Shown: positions 36,951-51,453 of the stretch, in pieces
Layout of the letters: every line of letters begins with the position of its first letter
Numbering within the stretch: the stretch's first letter is position 1
Assembly (NCBI RefSeq): GCF_006345805.1
Contig: NC_043006.1
Coordinates: forward strand, 98,704,001-98,768,000
From: Octopus sinensis
Taxonomy: Eukaryota
Direction of reading: 5' to 3'
Length of the DNA: 64,000 nt
The notes under the pieces: model-generated
Databases searched by the model: none
What the model saw: only the letters and a program-made list of their open reading frames with translations
What the model was told of the DNA's origin: nothing
Translations under genes and position numbers: made by a program

Positions 36951-38718
36951 GATTCGCAATGGAAAGGGTGTGAAATCTTTAGAGACGAACACAAGGTAAG
37001 AAAGCTGACACAAGGAACGGCAGATAAAATTATATCAGGTATCCTGGGCGATCATTTACCTGAAAGAAAGGAATATGTATATCTATAGTTAGGTCGAAAT
37101 GGAGATTAGTAGTGAGAAGTTAAGCGAGCCGTAGAATTGTAAAGTAGCTGAAGTGGTAGATATAGACATAGTTGGATCTGCTATTATGACAAACTTTCAC
37201 AATACAATGTTAAATTAAATAGGTTCAATTATATTTAATTACGCATCACACTTTTGCATTGTTGCGTTACGTTGTACAAATGGAAAGTTAGTGAAACTTT
37301 AATTTTTCTTCTTCGTCCTTTGAGGCGAAAGATATTCGCTACAGCATCCCAAGATAAAGAACAATTTGCCTTGGCCAGCTGCATGGTCAGAGTTTAATTC
37401 TAAATTAGGGAAAACCTGGGGTGTATACATTAGGAAATACTGGCGGTTCACATTGTAGGAAGGTATAAAAAGAAACCACGGGAAGGATATCTATCAAATG
37501 TATCTTGGGTCCTAATACTTCTGAGCCATGGGAATGATATATTGTATGAATGTGCTTCGAAATATAAATCTGTCGCTTTAACAAAAACATTGTAACTTAA
37601 ACATTCCAAATTGACAGTTATTTTCAGTTCCACCATCAAGTAGCAGAGAGTTGACAGGTGTATTTCGGTAGAATGCACAATTCCCAATGTCCAGTCGGCA
37701 GATGTCATGTTACCTACTACTAAATATAGCATTACGAAACTTAGAAAACCGTAATTGATAAAGATATGATACACCCAAACAGTAGAGTTACTATGAAAAA
37801 ATATAACCGTGAAAAGCATGTAACATTGCGCCACACGTAGCACTGTGTTAGATCACTATTCTGGATTATGATATATCGTGAAAAATATGCTAATATCCTT
37901 TGAGAATGTTAAAATTTTTAGATCATTCATATCTCCCACTACTTCCCTCATCTCCCTCTAATTTACGGTCTAAATAACAGCTCTTGTCCATAAGTTTATG
38001 TCACTAAAGAAGCAGAATTAAAACTTAAACCTGAAACCAGCAATCGATAATGTTTTTGATTATTTTCATTCCATTTGTATATCAAAATACAAAATATAAT
38101 TTTCACATATAAACCTGCAACCGCTCAATGGTCGTCAAAGGTAAATGTTGCTTGTGGTACAACGACGAAGTACATATACTTGTATTGATGGAGAAAATTT
38201 ATTCTTTTACACATGTGTTGAAAACACGTAAATATATTCTAATGACTTCTCATAACTATCATTATTTTCATGTGCTTTCTGCAAACATGATTTGACGTGC
38301 AGATTTGCTGCAAAACCCATAATTTCCTTATTCTTCAGGTTGGTATTTTTTTTTTTATTAAACAACAATATTGGCGCGTGCTATTATTTGTTTACGCAAG
38401 GCAGTGCCAGTATTAATGGCACACCATAGAATGTAACTTTTGACCTAAGCACCCAGTTCATGTTTATTTCTGTGCAATGTAATTTTATGGTAATCATACA
38501 TCCCTCTTTGTGTACATAATCTCCAAGTATCACATCGAAATTTCATGCTTTTCATCATATATTACAATAAAATACATGTGCATACCCGCCCAAATACACA
38601 CATATAGGGTCCCCTCCATAAACACATACACAGACACGTACACACACAAATACATGCATATATATATGTGTGTGTACATACGTGTGTGAATATGCATATA
38701 TGTATAAACACACACACT

Positions 38719-38749
<31 letters not shown>

Positions 38750-38755
38750 GTGTGC

Positions 38756-38801
<46 letters not shown>

Positions 38802-40354
38802 GAGTTTGTATGCATAGTGAAACGTATACAAAGAAATAAAACCAAATTCCAAATGTATGGAATTGGTATGTACATGCATTACAATGGTTTGCTATACATA
38901 TTTATTACATCATTACCGCAAATATATCAGTACATGCAACAGTTAAAAAATGCAGGGCAACGGTTGCATAATTAAATACCTGCACACTTGGAAAACTACG
39001 TTGCATAGAAACAATTGAACAATAAATGTCCAACCGTATTCCTTGTTGACGCGAAATGTTTCTAATTGTCTATTCACACACGACGGCAGCCCAAACGCAG
39101 AGCTGTAAGTAGGTAGGTGTAATACTACTACTGGATAGCACAGGGTGATATCTGATGGTGGACGAGCTTTATACTGTACTCTAATACGTTCTCAACAGAA
39201 TATACCATAACTATATAAAAATACATACACAATATAACAATAAAGAGGAACACCGTACTTTGCTCATATTGTAGTATGGTATTTGTAAATATTTTTCGAG
39301 GAGATGTTTCAACATGACTTTGATTTCACGTTACATGTCCTCATCACACAGTCTGCTGACGGCTAGTAAGCGGATACTTCAAACTCACTTTCAGTAATTT
39401 ATTGCGAAAAAATCTATATGAATACATACCTATATATGGAGAAACATATACGTGTGTAAGTTTGTGTATAAAATCGACGGTATTATTATTGTGTTTGTCC
39501 AGCCTAAATGCACGTTGGCGAGTATGAATTGGTCCCATGGTATTAAATACTAAGTTCTATTCACGTTCTACGATCTAACTTTGTTTTCCATAGTTTTACA
39601 AACTCACATCTATTTTGTTGAAAGACCAAAACTTGGAAACTATTTCACGTGTTGATTGATCTCTGTATTTCAGGCGACATGTAGAAGAGTAGCTCAGTTT
39701 GAAAACCTCAAACTTTTAAGTCTGAAAATAAGCGAAATTGATTTAGAAATGCGTTTGATAAAGAAAAACAGGATTGATTTCAAGGACATCTAATTATCTC
39801 CCCTTGAAATAATATAAAGAGATGCACATATAGCACAGACCATGCTTATAAGGTGACGTAAATATCGCTTGCTAGTTTAAGTTCAAAATTTTATGTTTTG
39901 GGGAAAGTATAATTTTCAACACAACACTTATGGCAACAATAAATTGACATTCTATAGTTATTGTATATTGAACTCACTTGAAATTGATGAATTTACATCT
40001 TCTCCTCACAAGTTACTTGTTACTAGAGAGCGTCATTCACCCTGCTTGAGTGTGTGTGAAGAATTATATAGAGACATAGAGTGATTTCATGGCAATATCC
40101 ACACATCATAAGTTTGCTTCCATACCCATGTAGGTGGATAATATTTCAAAATCACTTTTTAATCTAATCTGTTTAATAGCTCTTGACAATGACCGCCTCC
40201 ATACATCTTGGAGGATTCTATACGAGGCGCATTGTTATGCCAGTAAAGGATCCATATGTTCGTAACTAAAGCAAAATGGGCAACATTCAACAGTCGAGCT
40301 TATTCGACAACAAGCAGACTGGACTATCAATGTACGGGAATTGTAACTGAACAT

Positions 40355-40548
40355 AATAATCCTTTCTACTAAAGGCACAGGGCCTGAAATTTTTGTGGAG
40401 GGGACTAGTCGATTACATTAACCGAAATGTTCACTGGTATTTAATTTATTGACCCCGAAATGATGAAAACAAAAGTTGACATCAGCGGAATTTGAACTCA
40501 GAACGTAACGGCAGACGAAATACTACTAAGCATTTCGCCCAGCACGCC
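40355..40548 (-). mobile_element. SINE family B, tail type 2, diverged
   Basis: Reverse complement gives the family-B body and tail ...aaaatttcaggccctgtgcctttagtagaaagg. Confidence 0.82.
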
Positions 40549-43409
40549 GCATTCGTAGCTGAAAAAATAATGAAATAATCTGCTCCTTACTATTGCGAGT
40601 GATATATACCGATCTCTCAGTTGCTATAGAAACCAGAGGAACAAAACAGTAGAATGTTTACTGTTTACTAAATATTGTTTTCAGTAGACTTTCAAGGAAT
40701 TAGATGTATCGTTTGCATATAACTTTAAAAGAAGATTAGTTACACTTGAGACAACAAAAAACATATTTAAAAAATGCATTCATTTACTACAATAACCTTC
40801 ATGCATCTGCCAATAACCAAATTCTGACATGATTGCCAGTCCTGAAAAATAGGCGGCAATAAGTTCATCTTATCATAGAGATCAGCAACAACATAAAACC
40901 AGAATAACACCATTGTAATACTTCCAAAATATACTTATCGATTAATCCAGATGCACGCAGCAATTTGTTTGCCTGAACATTTATAGCAAAAAGCCGTTGC
41001 GCGTTGCTGAGATTACGTTCTAATGTTAGAAATAACAGGGAATAATATGGAATCATAATATACATAATCAGAAAAAAATTGAACACTATACTAATAAAAA
41101 AAGAAAAAAAGTACACATCGGGCACGTTTGGAACGTATTTTATCATGCAACAACTGGTGTAAATGTGTTCCAAATTTGAAATTTATGCAAAGAAAATCAA
41201 AACAAATTCTTTTTCCCTCGCGTAACTACTTGAAATAGCTACCTTGTGTCACGATTGCTTACTTTTTGTACTGCACATGCACGGCTGCCACTTGAACTGA
41301 AGGCAATAATCCATGAACTCATTGCTTGCATATTAATGCTTGTGACAGCATAATATTTCAATGCTTCAAAATTATAGTTTGCGTCTGCTGCCTCATCAGA
41401 CATCGTTCAGTCTGTAGAGTCAGCAACGAACTCTCACCGACATTTCTCGCCAATGCCATTGATCAAATAGCATTAAACCGGTGATAGCGACTCTACAAGG
41501 TAAGATTTTTCATGAATTTACACGCAAATGCATTCGTACTTTTACACTCACAGTAATAAATATATGAATTCATACATAAATTTGTACGAATGTAATGGTC
41601 GGGAGAAAGATGAGAAACTTCAAATATACTCTCAAGTGGCTTCAGAAAATCAGATTCAAATTGAGCAAGTAACATTCTTAAATGTGAAATGGGATTCATC
41701 ATCTCTTTATGACAGATAGTATGTATCATTTGACAGGGCAATTTAAATATAGTTTTTTTTTTTTTGTAAAAAAGATACTGCGGCTGATATTTTAGCCGTA
41801 GACGACTAAACCACGAACCAGGCGTAAATGTGCAAAGCACTGATGGTAGTATAACTCTGCTTGTCAGAACCCTGACCTGATACTCACGTATACATATACA
41901 TACGCACACTGAGGTCCCGAACCAGCGCACACAGACATAAGCTTGTGTGTGTGTGTGTGTGTGTGTGTGTGAGTGTGTGTCTATGTATAAATGTGCTTTT
42001 ATATAGACAGATTTACAGAGAATAAGGGAGAGCTAGTATTATAAGTATGTAAGAATTGCAAAATACGCTGACATACAACAAATAAACATATATATTCAGC
42101 TTATAAATTTGTTTATACTTTTTTTATTCTTGCTGGCATTTTGACCTCATCATTTCACCTGATTCTTTTAACAAGTTTATTAACAAATTATAACGTACTA
42201 GCGTGAAATAGTATATCGGTTCTCCATCCATCAATTTCTGAAATTTATCGCGACTTCTCTCTTGCCAGCACTTTCAAAATCTATTGCTTCATTCACATTC
42301 CACAAATAAACACAAGCTGAAGTTTAGTGTTAAAGACAGTTACATTTGATTGATGGTTTTATTAGACAATTAACGATGTATCTCATCCATCACATTTCCT
42401 ATTACACCAACTGCTGATATTTTATTTTGTTTTAACTTTTATTTTTTTTTCCCAGAAAATTCTTCACTTCTGAAATTGCCCAAAAGTTTCTTAAGAAATT
42501 CCCATCAATTGATTTTCTGAACACGCATGTGCAAAGTAAAAGTTCCGTGGTTCGTGTGAAAGTGATAAAGAAAAAATACAAGAGAAAACACAGTCATTGA
42601 AAAAATAAAAGCGATGAAAACTTTCTTTAGAAATTCGTATTACGCAAGCGATATATTTAAAATTCAATAAAAAGTATTAAAGCTAACTTATGTGTGGATA
42701 TATGAAAAGGTAACTGCCTGTCAATATATATATATAAATGTGTGTGTGTGATGTGTGTGTATGTGTGTATTATAGATATATTCTCTATGATGTCATCGTC
42801 GAACAAAAAAACTATTTTCTAAACTAAGTTTAGTTTTGAGATGAAAATACTTTTATATTGGTTACGGATAAAACGAACGGTATTTCCAGACGATTGCCGA
42901 GTAATTGTCGTGGTAACATGAGAAATGTCTCAGTGGGACAAAATACGGGTTGCTAATGGGGCTGTGTTGATTGGCTCGGGAGAACGTAGTTAATTGTCGT
43001 AGGAAACTAATTAGTAGCGACGAGTAAATTTTTGTTCTTCAATTTGAAAATTATATTTAAAACAATATTGGATGTTTTTGATACCTTTTACTGAACATAA
43101 TCATATTGATCATTGTGGCACAAAAGCAAGGTCGAGATGTAGATGTGGTAATTCACTCAAAGGGATTATTACCTGAGGTTTTACAGGCTAAAAGCTATTG
43201 GGGGTTTAAGTATTTTCCCCGGGCGAAAAGCAAGGCAAGCCTCGTGATTGAAAATTTGAAAGTTAAAGAATACTCAATCTCGAACGATGAGGTGTAATTA
43301 CATATATATATACGGGGAGAATTCACAAAAGAAAGAACAAAATACGAAGACACGTGGTGTAGATAACTAACAGATGTATTACTATCAGGCTCGGGAAATA
43401 TGTATATAT

Positions 43410-43467
43410 GTATATATGACGGGTTTCTTTCAATAAATCCACTCACAATGTTTTGCTCGGCCTGAGC
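43410..43467 (-). mobile_element. Short decayed SINE family A internal fragment
   Basis: atatatgacgggtttctttca..aaatccactcacaa.g.ttt..tcggcc matches the family-A body. Confidence 0.55.
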
Positions 43468-44928
43468 AGGTCGCGATTTCAAAGCAAAGGAAATATTTTG
43501 ACACAAATGAAATTTAAACGTTGAAGTGAATCTTACGGCTTTTGTGTGTTCTTAAATGGCTTACAAATACCTTCCACGTTCCAATTAATATTGATAGAGT
43601 TTTCTGTAATAAAAATAGAAAAAAACATATATCAGCGTGTGTGTACGTCAAAAAATCGACGTCGTTTTTTCTTAGAGAGTGGTAGAGAGAAAGAGCGACA
43701 ATATGTGTGTGTATATGTCACAGATAGCGAACGTGTGTTTGTGTTCCTCCCTGGGTCACCTGAGACAGAGTTTCCCAGTAACGGAGTTTGGTTTCGTGTG
43801 TTTTTTTTTCTTTTCCAGGTTATTTTGCATGCTTTCAACGAATGAGGCATCGAAATCATGCTTAAACTGATCCTTTCCAAGGAGAAATAAAGATTTGCAT
43901 GCTTTGCAACTACTTAACCGTATTTCGGGGTTTTTATAGCAAATAACTGTTATGTGGTAGCAGAGTGTGCAGGAAACAGCAGCCAAATCTTTGAAAATGA
44001 GATACGTTGAATGCACTCGAAAAAAAACTACGGAAAATTAAATTTCATATCAAAGTTACGAACGGGTCTTTTGCGAAATATATAGCATAATTAGTCATTT
44101 TCACTTCAAAATATATTTTAGATACGCCAAAAATAATTTTTGTAATGATATTTTCTTGAAAATAATTATAAAACAAAGCATTCAATTATTATCTGCTTAA
44201 AGAAAGCTAAAATATGGATAACTAATGTACAAACAACTTACGGTTTTGAAATCACATTCACTTAAAAATATTTCTAAATGATAAAAATATTGTGTACGCC
44301 AAAATGACAACGTTTTCTTTTGCTTACAGCGTGAGAGAGAGAGAATAGAGAGATCTAATTCTATGTGTGTATAAGCCAGAGATAGCGTACGTGTGTTTGT
44401 ATTGATTCACACACCATGACATTCGTTATATGCGTGTGTATTCTGTATGTGTGTAGATGTGTAGAAGCCTTTTTTTTTCGTCAAGAAATAAATAAAAATA
44501 CTGTTTAATATTTTCATTGATAAATAGACGTCCGAATACCACAGAAATTTGTACTGCAATGCATATAGTAAGTATCAAAAGAAAAAAGAGAAAATATACA
44601 ATATCTGAGATATTTAGAGTACAAACAAATATCTTCTAGTATTTCAGTATCCTTAAGATGAGAGACGACGAAGGAATGAATGATTATCTTATGAACTTCA
44701 TTAGCTTACAGCTGTTACTAATATAAGATGCATTGATGGTGCCTTTCACTAAATAGACCTAAATGTAACTCTTTCCCAAAAAGATTGCACTTCCTATTCG
44801 AGACTCCAATGAAGGGATAGGATATTATTCAAGCACTCGACTATAGCATTTTATATCTGAACCAACCGTAAGCAAATCAACTTCATAAAATAATCATGTA
44901 TTCTTTTGTCACCTCTCTTTATTATTAA

Positions 44929-44929
<1 letters not shown>

Positions 44930-44980
<51 letters not shown>

Positions 44981-45008
44981 ATAGATATATAGATAGATAG
45001 ATAGATAT

Positions 45009-45060
<52 letters not shown>
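44930..45060. repeat. (AGAT)n microsatellite
   Basis: Directly visible; source of the poly-LSIY ORF. Confidence 0.97.
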
Positions 45061-45061
<1 letters not shown>

Positions 45062-45076
45062 CATATACAACCATAG

Positions 45077-45120
<44 letters not shown>

Positions 45121-45389
45121 GGTTATTATTTAAGTTCACATCAAACTAAATAAATCAATAGTTAAAACTGGATTTAAGCTATTTTTATTTGACAAAAAAT
45201 AGACATAATCATTTATTAGTTACGATATTAGTTTATTTAGTCTGATTGAAGTAAAATGTTCCGCGCATAAATATCATCTTAGTTTACTTGACCTGTCTAG
45301 CAGACATATTTTTGGAAGCAGCCATTAATTTACGTATTCTATACATGTGTATGACCGTATGTACACATGCGAATGATTGTAGCATATAC

Positions 45390-45414
45390 ATATACATGTG
45401 TATATATATGTATA

Positions 45415-45475
<61 letters not shown>

Positions 45476-45522
45476 TATGTATATATATATATATATATAT
45501 CTATATATATATATATATATTA

Positions 45523-45600
<78 letters not shown>

Positions 45601-45870
45601 CTTATGCATATCTGTATATATATATTTGTTTGTTCTATTGTAGTTCTCTCTAACTCTCTCCACATATATAATGTTATACATACACATATGCATACATATA
45701 TATATATTTATGTATGTATATATATATGTATATATACGCATGGATATAGGTATATATATATATGTATGTATATATATATGTATGTGTATATATAAATATA
45801 CATGTATGTATGTATCTGTATGCGTATGAATATATATTACATATTTATATGTATATATATAAATGTGTTC
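45390..45870. repeat. (TA)n-rich microsatellite block
   Basis: Directly visible. Confidence 0.93.
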
Positions 45871-46187
45871 ATATGTATTTTATGGATGCACTTATGTATA
45901 AACACAGACACAATTCTATAGTAATAAATGCTGTTAAGTCGAAGGTTTTTATATAAATACATTTGCGTGTGTGTGCGCCTGCATATAAGTGTTTGTGCTT
46001 ATTTATATGTATGTGTATAAATAAATCTCTATATATATATATGCATAAACGATTACACATAAACAGAAATGCACACATACTCACACACACATGCACACAC
46101 CCATGTGCACACATACATATAAAGCGAGATAGAAATATGTCCATATATATACAAACTTATCTATATCTATATGCAAAAATAAATGCA

Positions 46188-46265
46188 TACATACATACAT
46201 ACTGACGTACATACATACATACATACATCATACATACATACATACATACATACATACATACATAC

Positions 46266-46299
<34 letters not shown>

Positions 46300-46345
46300 C
46301 ACACATCATACATCATACATACATAGTTACACACAGACATACATA
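46188..46345. repeat. (TACA)n microsatellite
   Basis: Directly visible. Confidence 0.93.
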
Positions 46346-46568
46346 CATTTGTGTGATGCTTAATGATATAAGCATTTGCATAGTGTGGTAAAAACTTTCC
46401 GAACATAAAAACCGTAAATAACATATTGAAAGCGCTATGGCGAAATGCGTCTGAAACGATAACTAATGAACCATAATAATATCATACAGCATTTCAGAAG
46501 ACGAGACGGGTAGATAAGATATATATAAATGAAAATAGAGGATGAAATATGATACTCACAAATTACAC

Positions 46569-46626
<58 letters not shown>

Positions 46627-46984
46627 TATATATATATATGCATATGCATATATATAAACTATGAAAGCCGAACGGAAGCCAACACTAATGATCACATAAA
46701 GTATAACCGGTTTGAAGTTATGAATACTTGATAATATAAATAAAAGTAGTTAGGCAACAAAAATAAATTGGAAGAACACTCACCGTTGAACTGGTGAATT
46801 TTCATTACTTACGAAGTGTAAATTTAGGAGCGACGTGCGGATTAAGAGGTAACAGACATATGTAGGAAAAAACACATGAACGATATACTAATTATTGCTC
46901 TGAACTGTTTTATTAGGGTGAACGTGGTTGATAAATCAGTGATAATATTGCCTATTAACAGCCAATGTGAATACACACACCACC

Positions 46985-47040
46985 AGGTATGTACATATAT
47001 GTGTATATATATATATATAGATATATATATATATATATAT

Positions 47041-47071
<31 letters not shown>

Positions 47072-47270
47072 CAAATATATATGTATATATATATACATAT
47101 ATACAAATATATATGTATATATATATATATATATGTATATATATAAATATATATGCATAGATATATAAATATACACATATATACATGTACAGACGCTCAC
47201 ACACACACACACACATATATATATATAAGTTCATATACGAATGTACATATCTATATGTATACATACATAT
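46985..47270. repeat. (TA)n/(CA)n microsatellite block
   Basis: Directly visible. Confidence 0.9.
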
Positions 47271-48126
47271 TTATGTGTGTTCGTGTGTACATAACTGATT
47301 TTATCTGTCTATAAATTACCCTTCTGTGTGTCCGTTAAATTGCAGTAAAAACATCACAGTCTGCGCCAGACGGTGGGGTCTTTGATTAAGCCTAAACCTT
47401 CCATTTAAGTGATGGGTAAATAAACGGGAACCACTTCAACTACTTACTTTACTACTTCGTATTTATTCGTTTTACAAATATTTTTGTTTTGTTTTTTGTA
47501 CACATGTTTAAGTATTTCTGTAGCTTTTCTTAGAAAGAATTTATAAAACGGCTTAGGCTAATCGTTATTGAACAATATTTTGGATATCTAATCGTCTCCA
47601 TCAAATCAGATTATTTCTGCTTGGTTAATTGCTTTTAAAATGTAGTGTATCGAAGGCTTTCTATGAAATATCTGTTATCAAGATGAACGCATAATTTGAC
47701 GAAAATTAGGTTGTACATTTTCAGTAGTTTATGCATTTTTTTGTGCTTGCGTGCGCCTGTCTATCGCATACTGTTGTGTTGTACGTAGAATCAGCCAAAA
47801 ACTACTCCTTTCAGCGGAGAGAAAATTATTTAATAAAAACATGATTCCTGCTCGGCGAGTACAGATACCAGACACGTTTGTATAGCATGCTGTGTAGTAC
47901 CCTGTCAACGACCGCGCTCAAAAATACCACGTGGTAACTCTTTGAAACAAACTTAGAGACAACGAGAAAGAAAAAAAAGAAAAGCCTGGAGGGAAAGTGA
48001 AAGAAAAAAGTGTACCCATCTAGCTCGTTAGTATGAGGATAATGGGATCTTTCCACCTAAGTTTTACATTTTGAGCTTGTTTTCGTATTTTTGAGCACAC
48101 ATACACACATACATATATATATATAT

Positions 48127-48473
48127 ACTCTTTTACTCTTTTACTCTTTTACCTGTTTCAGCCATCCGGCTGAGGCCATGCTGGGGCACCGCCCTTGTTG
48201 CTACCCTCTCCAAGTCCAGTTTGCCGTGGCTGGCCACTGATCTAAGAGAGAGTTTGTAGCTGCTGCCCTTAGGTTACCTTCGTACCTTGCAGTGGGTTCA
48301 TCTGGGATCCCGGAAAGCAGCTTGTCTAGATGTTTTTTGAAAATGTCCACATCCGCATCATGTAGATCTCTTAGTTTTCTTGGCAGTTTGTTGAAAAGCT
48401 GAGGGCCCCTGAACCCCGGGCTATTACAGTATCTGCTCCTTACCCTGGATGTGGAAGACGGGACCTTTGGCAC
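48127..48473 (-). mobile_element. 5'-truncated CR1/L2-group LINE 3' end whose UTR matches the SINE-A tail
   Basis: ORF end [15 protein letters not shown]...FKKHLDKLLSGIPDEP...RAAATNSLLDQ...*, stop at 48201-48203. Then ggcggtgccccagcatggcctcagccggatggctgaaacaggt and (aaaagagt)n. Confidence 0.85.
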
Positions 48474-48480
48474 ATACATA

Positions 48481-48512
<32 letters not shown>

Positions 48513-48546
48513 CATATATATACATATATGTATCTGTTTATGGATA

Positions 48547-48583
<37 letters not shown>

Positions 48584-49600
48584 GCATATATACACTCACA
48601 TATACACACATATGTAATAGACCAGGATACCAGTGAAACACGCACCTAAATGGTAAGGCACCAGGTTGGGTCGAAAGATAAAATGTGTACACAAAGAAAG
48701 TAGGGGAATACATACGCGCGTACCGAAGTACAGGCAAAAAGATGTTCAGGTTATGTATACGATTAACTGTACCCGACTGAGTACAAGGCTAATCTACTAA
48801 ACGCACAATGCACTAAATGCAACGTCCACAATATTCTTCAGATCCACGCAAGAAGCAGGTTCCGAGTGATGCGATAAATAAATAAATAAATAATAAATTA
48901 ATTAATTAATAACAGCTGGATAATGAGTCAATCCACTATACAAATTTCCAGTCAGTTTTCAAATGCTTAATACAGAAATTAAATCATTAGAAAAAAAAAA
49001 CCTTTTCATCAGGTGTATACATGAATCACAACATTCAAAAATATTCAGAGACCACCATCTTGTGCCACTTTATGATTCTATGACTAGTGTCGATCAATTT
49101 TTCTGATCGGCACGGTTAGCTTTCGAATGTTTTTGAAAGTTGTGATTCATGTATTCACCTGGTGAAAAAGCTTGTTTCTGCATATCAAGCTGAGAGGAAT
49201 TCTCTCACTCACACGCGCTCCGTGTGTATGCATGTATGTATGTATGTATGTATGCATGTATGAGTGTGTATATGTATATGTGTGCGCGTGTGTTTGTGTG
49301 TGCGTATGTGTGTATGTATATATATATATTTATATATATATATATATACAAAGGAAGGTTTGCAAATGCAATTTTAATAGATGTTTATTTACTTTACCGG
49401 TTTCACTCTTTAGAAAAAGGTTGTCAAAAGTAACATGTAGAAGTTTTGTTGCGTTAAATATTGGTTGTGACAATAATTTTGACAATCTTTTTTCTAAAAA
49501 GTGAAACCGGTAAAGTAAATAAGCATCTTTTAAAATTACATTTTCAAGCCTTCTTTCGTATTATAATTCAACTCGTGCGGTACCTTACAACTCCAATTTG

Positions 49601-49635
<35 letters not shown>

Positions 49636-49636
<1 letters not shown>

Positions 49637-50180
49637 GAGGGTAAGTCAAAATGTATCAGCGCTTTCACCATAACGTGTCTATATTATTATCACACTGCCT
49701 TCTGCGCATGCGTGCTTATAGTTGGTACTACTATGTTCACGTAACCACAATGATTTCTATGTGTGTGTGTGTGTACGTGTGTATGAGGGACAGTAAAATC
49801 TTATACGTATTCTTGCTTTTTGATGTATTTAAGCAAAAGCATGATAGACAAGAGTCTGTTATTCTTCTATATAATCTCTTTTCTTTTCGATGCACATGAC
49901 CCAGTGGTCTACAAGCTTTGCGTATTCCATCCGAGAAGAATGTTTACGGTTGTTCGTGCACAGCTTCCTTCACATCTTCATCCGTAGGTAATCGACCACC
50001 TTGTAAACCATCGTTGAGCATTCGAAAGATATGATAGTCGAAAGGGGCGTGATCTGGGTTGTAGGCAGAGTGTTTCCGCCCCTCAAAACTCAGTTTGTTA
50101 ATGGTTTCCATGATCTGGCCGGCTGTGTGTGGACGTGCTTCGACAATAGAGATCGCAGTTGGTGCGAATTGCTGGCTTTA
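49636..50180 (-). mobile_element. Decayed mariner transposon, 3' portion
   Basis: ARPHTAGQIMETINKL.FE...H.AYNPDHAPFDYHIF...F.DGIRKLVDHW..CIEKKRDYIEE* on the minus strand; TA plus TIR-like cgagggtaagtcaaaatgtatc at 49634-49657. Confidence 0.85.
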
Positions 50181-50644
50181 GTTTTTTCGCCACCAAAGCA
50201 CTCTATCCTGCATTGTTGACTGGATCATTGCTCTTCGTTCTTCAATGCTGCACATTGATAGTAGAGCGGCTATGCTTACACTGTAAAGCCAGAAAGAAAA
50301 ATAGCTCAATCGGGCTCAAACTTCAATCACGTAACCCCGATAGTAACAACTTTATTATTGTCACTCTACGCAGAAGGCAGTGTGACAATAATAAAGATCA
50401 CGTTCCCGTTCTTCGGACAGTTTTGTTAAAATGGAACAGAAATAACGATATAATCAACACTATTTAAAGGATACACCTTCAAAAATGGATTTGTTTCATT
50501 GGTCATTTCAATTAACAGTCTTAAACATGCAATGAACAAAATAAATGAAATCAATATACATTAATCCTATTATAAAATCGAAGAAAGCCTTAAATCGAAG
50601 AGAAGATTCAAAATACATATTGTAAGTAATTATATACGAAATAC

Positions 50645-51045
50645 ACTCTTTTACTCTTTTACTTGTTTCAGTCATTTGACTGTGGCCATCCTGGAGCACC
50701 GCTTTTAGTCGGGCAAATCAACCCCGAGACTTATTCTTTGTAAGCCCAGTAATTATTCTATCGGTCTCTTTTGCCGAACCGCTAAGTGACGGGGACGTAA
50801 ACACACCAGCATCGGTTGTCAAGAAATGCTAGAGAGACAAACACAGACATAGAAACACATACACACACACACATATACATATTTATACATATATACGACA
50901 GGCTTCTTTCAGTTTCCACTCACAAGGCAATGGTCGGCCCGGAGCTATAGCAGAAGACACTCGGCCAAGATGCCACGCAGTGGGACTGAACCCGCAACCA
51001 TGTGGTTGGTTAGCAAGCTACTTACAACACAGCCACCCCTGCGCC
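50645..51045 (-). mobile_element. SINE family A with a small internal deletion
   Basis: Reverse complement aligns head to tail; lacks about 14 bp before ccactcacaagg. Confidence 0.92.
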
Positions 51046-51453
51046 TATAAGTCAATACATTAAAATTAAAATGTTCCCGCTGCATTACATAAATATTTAA
51101 CCACAGTTTATACGCATACTAGACCATCTATAATATACATATATACATCAAAATACGCAGATGCATGCATATAGCTACATATATATACAGGCATATATGT
51201 AAGACATAAATATACGCTCAAATACACATACACACATATACATATACGGACGCGCATAAAAATCTCTTGGTGTATACATATACTAATTATAACAGACAAG
51301 AGAGATAGGAAGTATATTTTAAACGTGGGGAGGGGGGAAAGAAAAAGAAGAACAAAAAATAACCGCTAGCGAAAGAGAGATGGAAGTAAGGGGTGGGAGA
51401 AGAGGAACGCATTAAGGATGCTATCAAAGTAACGTACATGTGTGTGTATATAC

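Noticed and set aside
37448-37843. 131-aa non-repetitive ORF on the minus strand
   Set aside because: No recognisable domain, no codon bias and no convincing splice signals; ORFs of this size can arise by chance or from decayed elements.
41263-41403. ATG-initiated 47-codon frame (MSDEAADANYNF...) ending at AAA|GTAAGC on the minus strand
   Set aside because: Compatible with a first coding exon, but short, without homology or clear codon bias; chance-level in 64 kb.
47850-48010. Strong minus-strand pyrimidine tract and AG followed by an open frame
   Set aside because: No good donor and no recognisable peptide.
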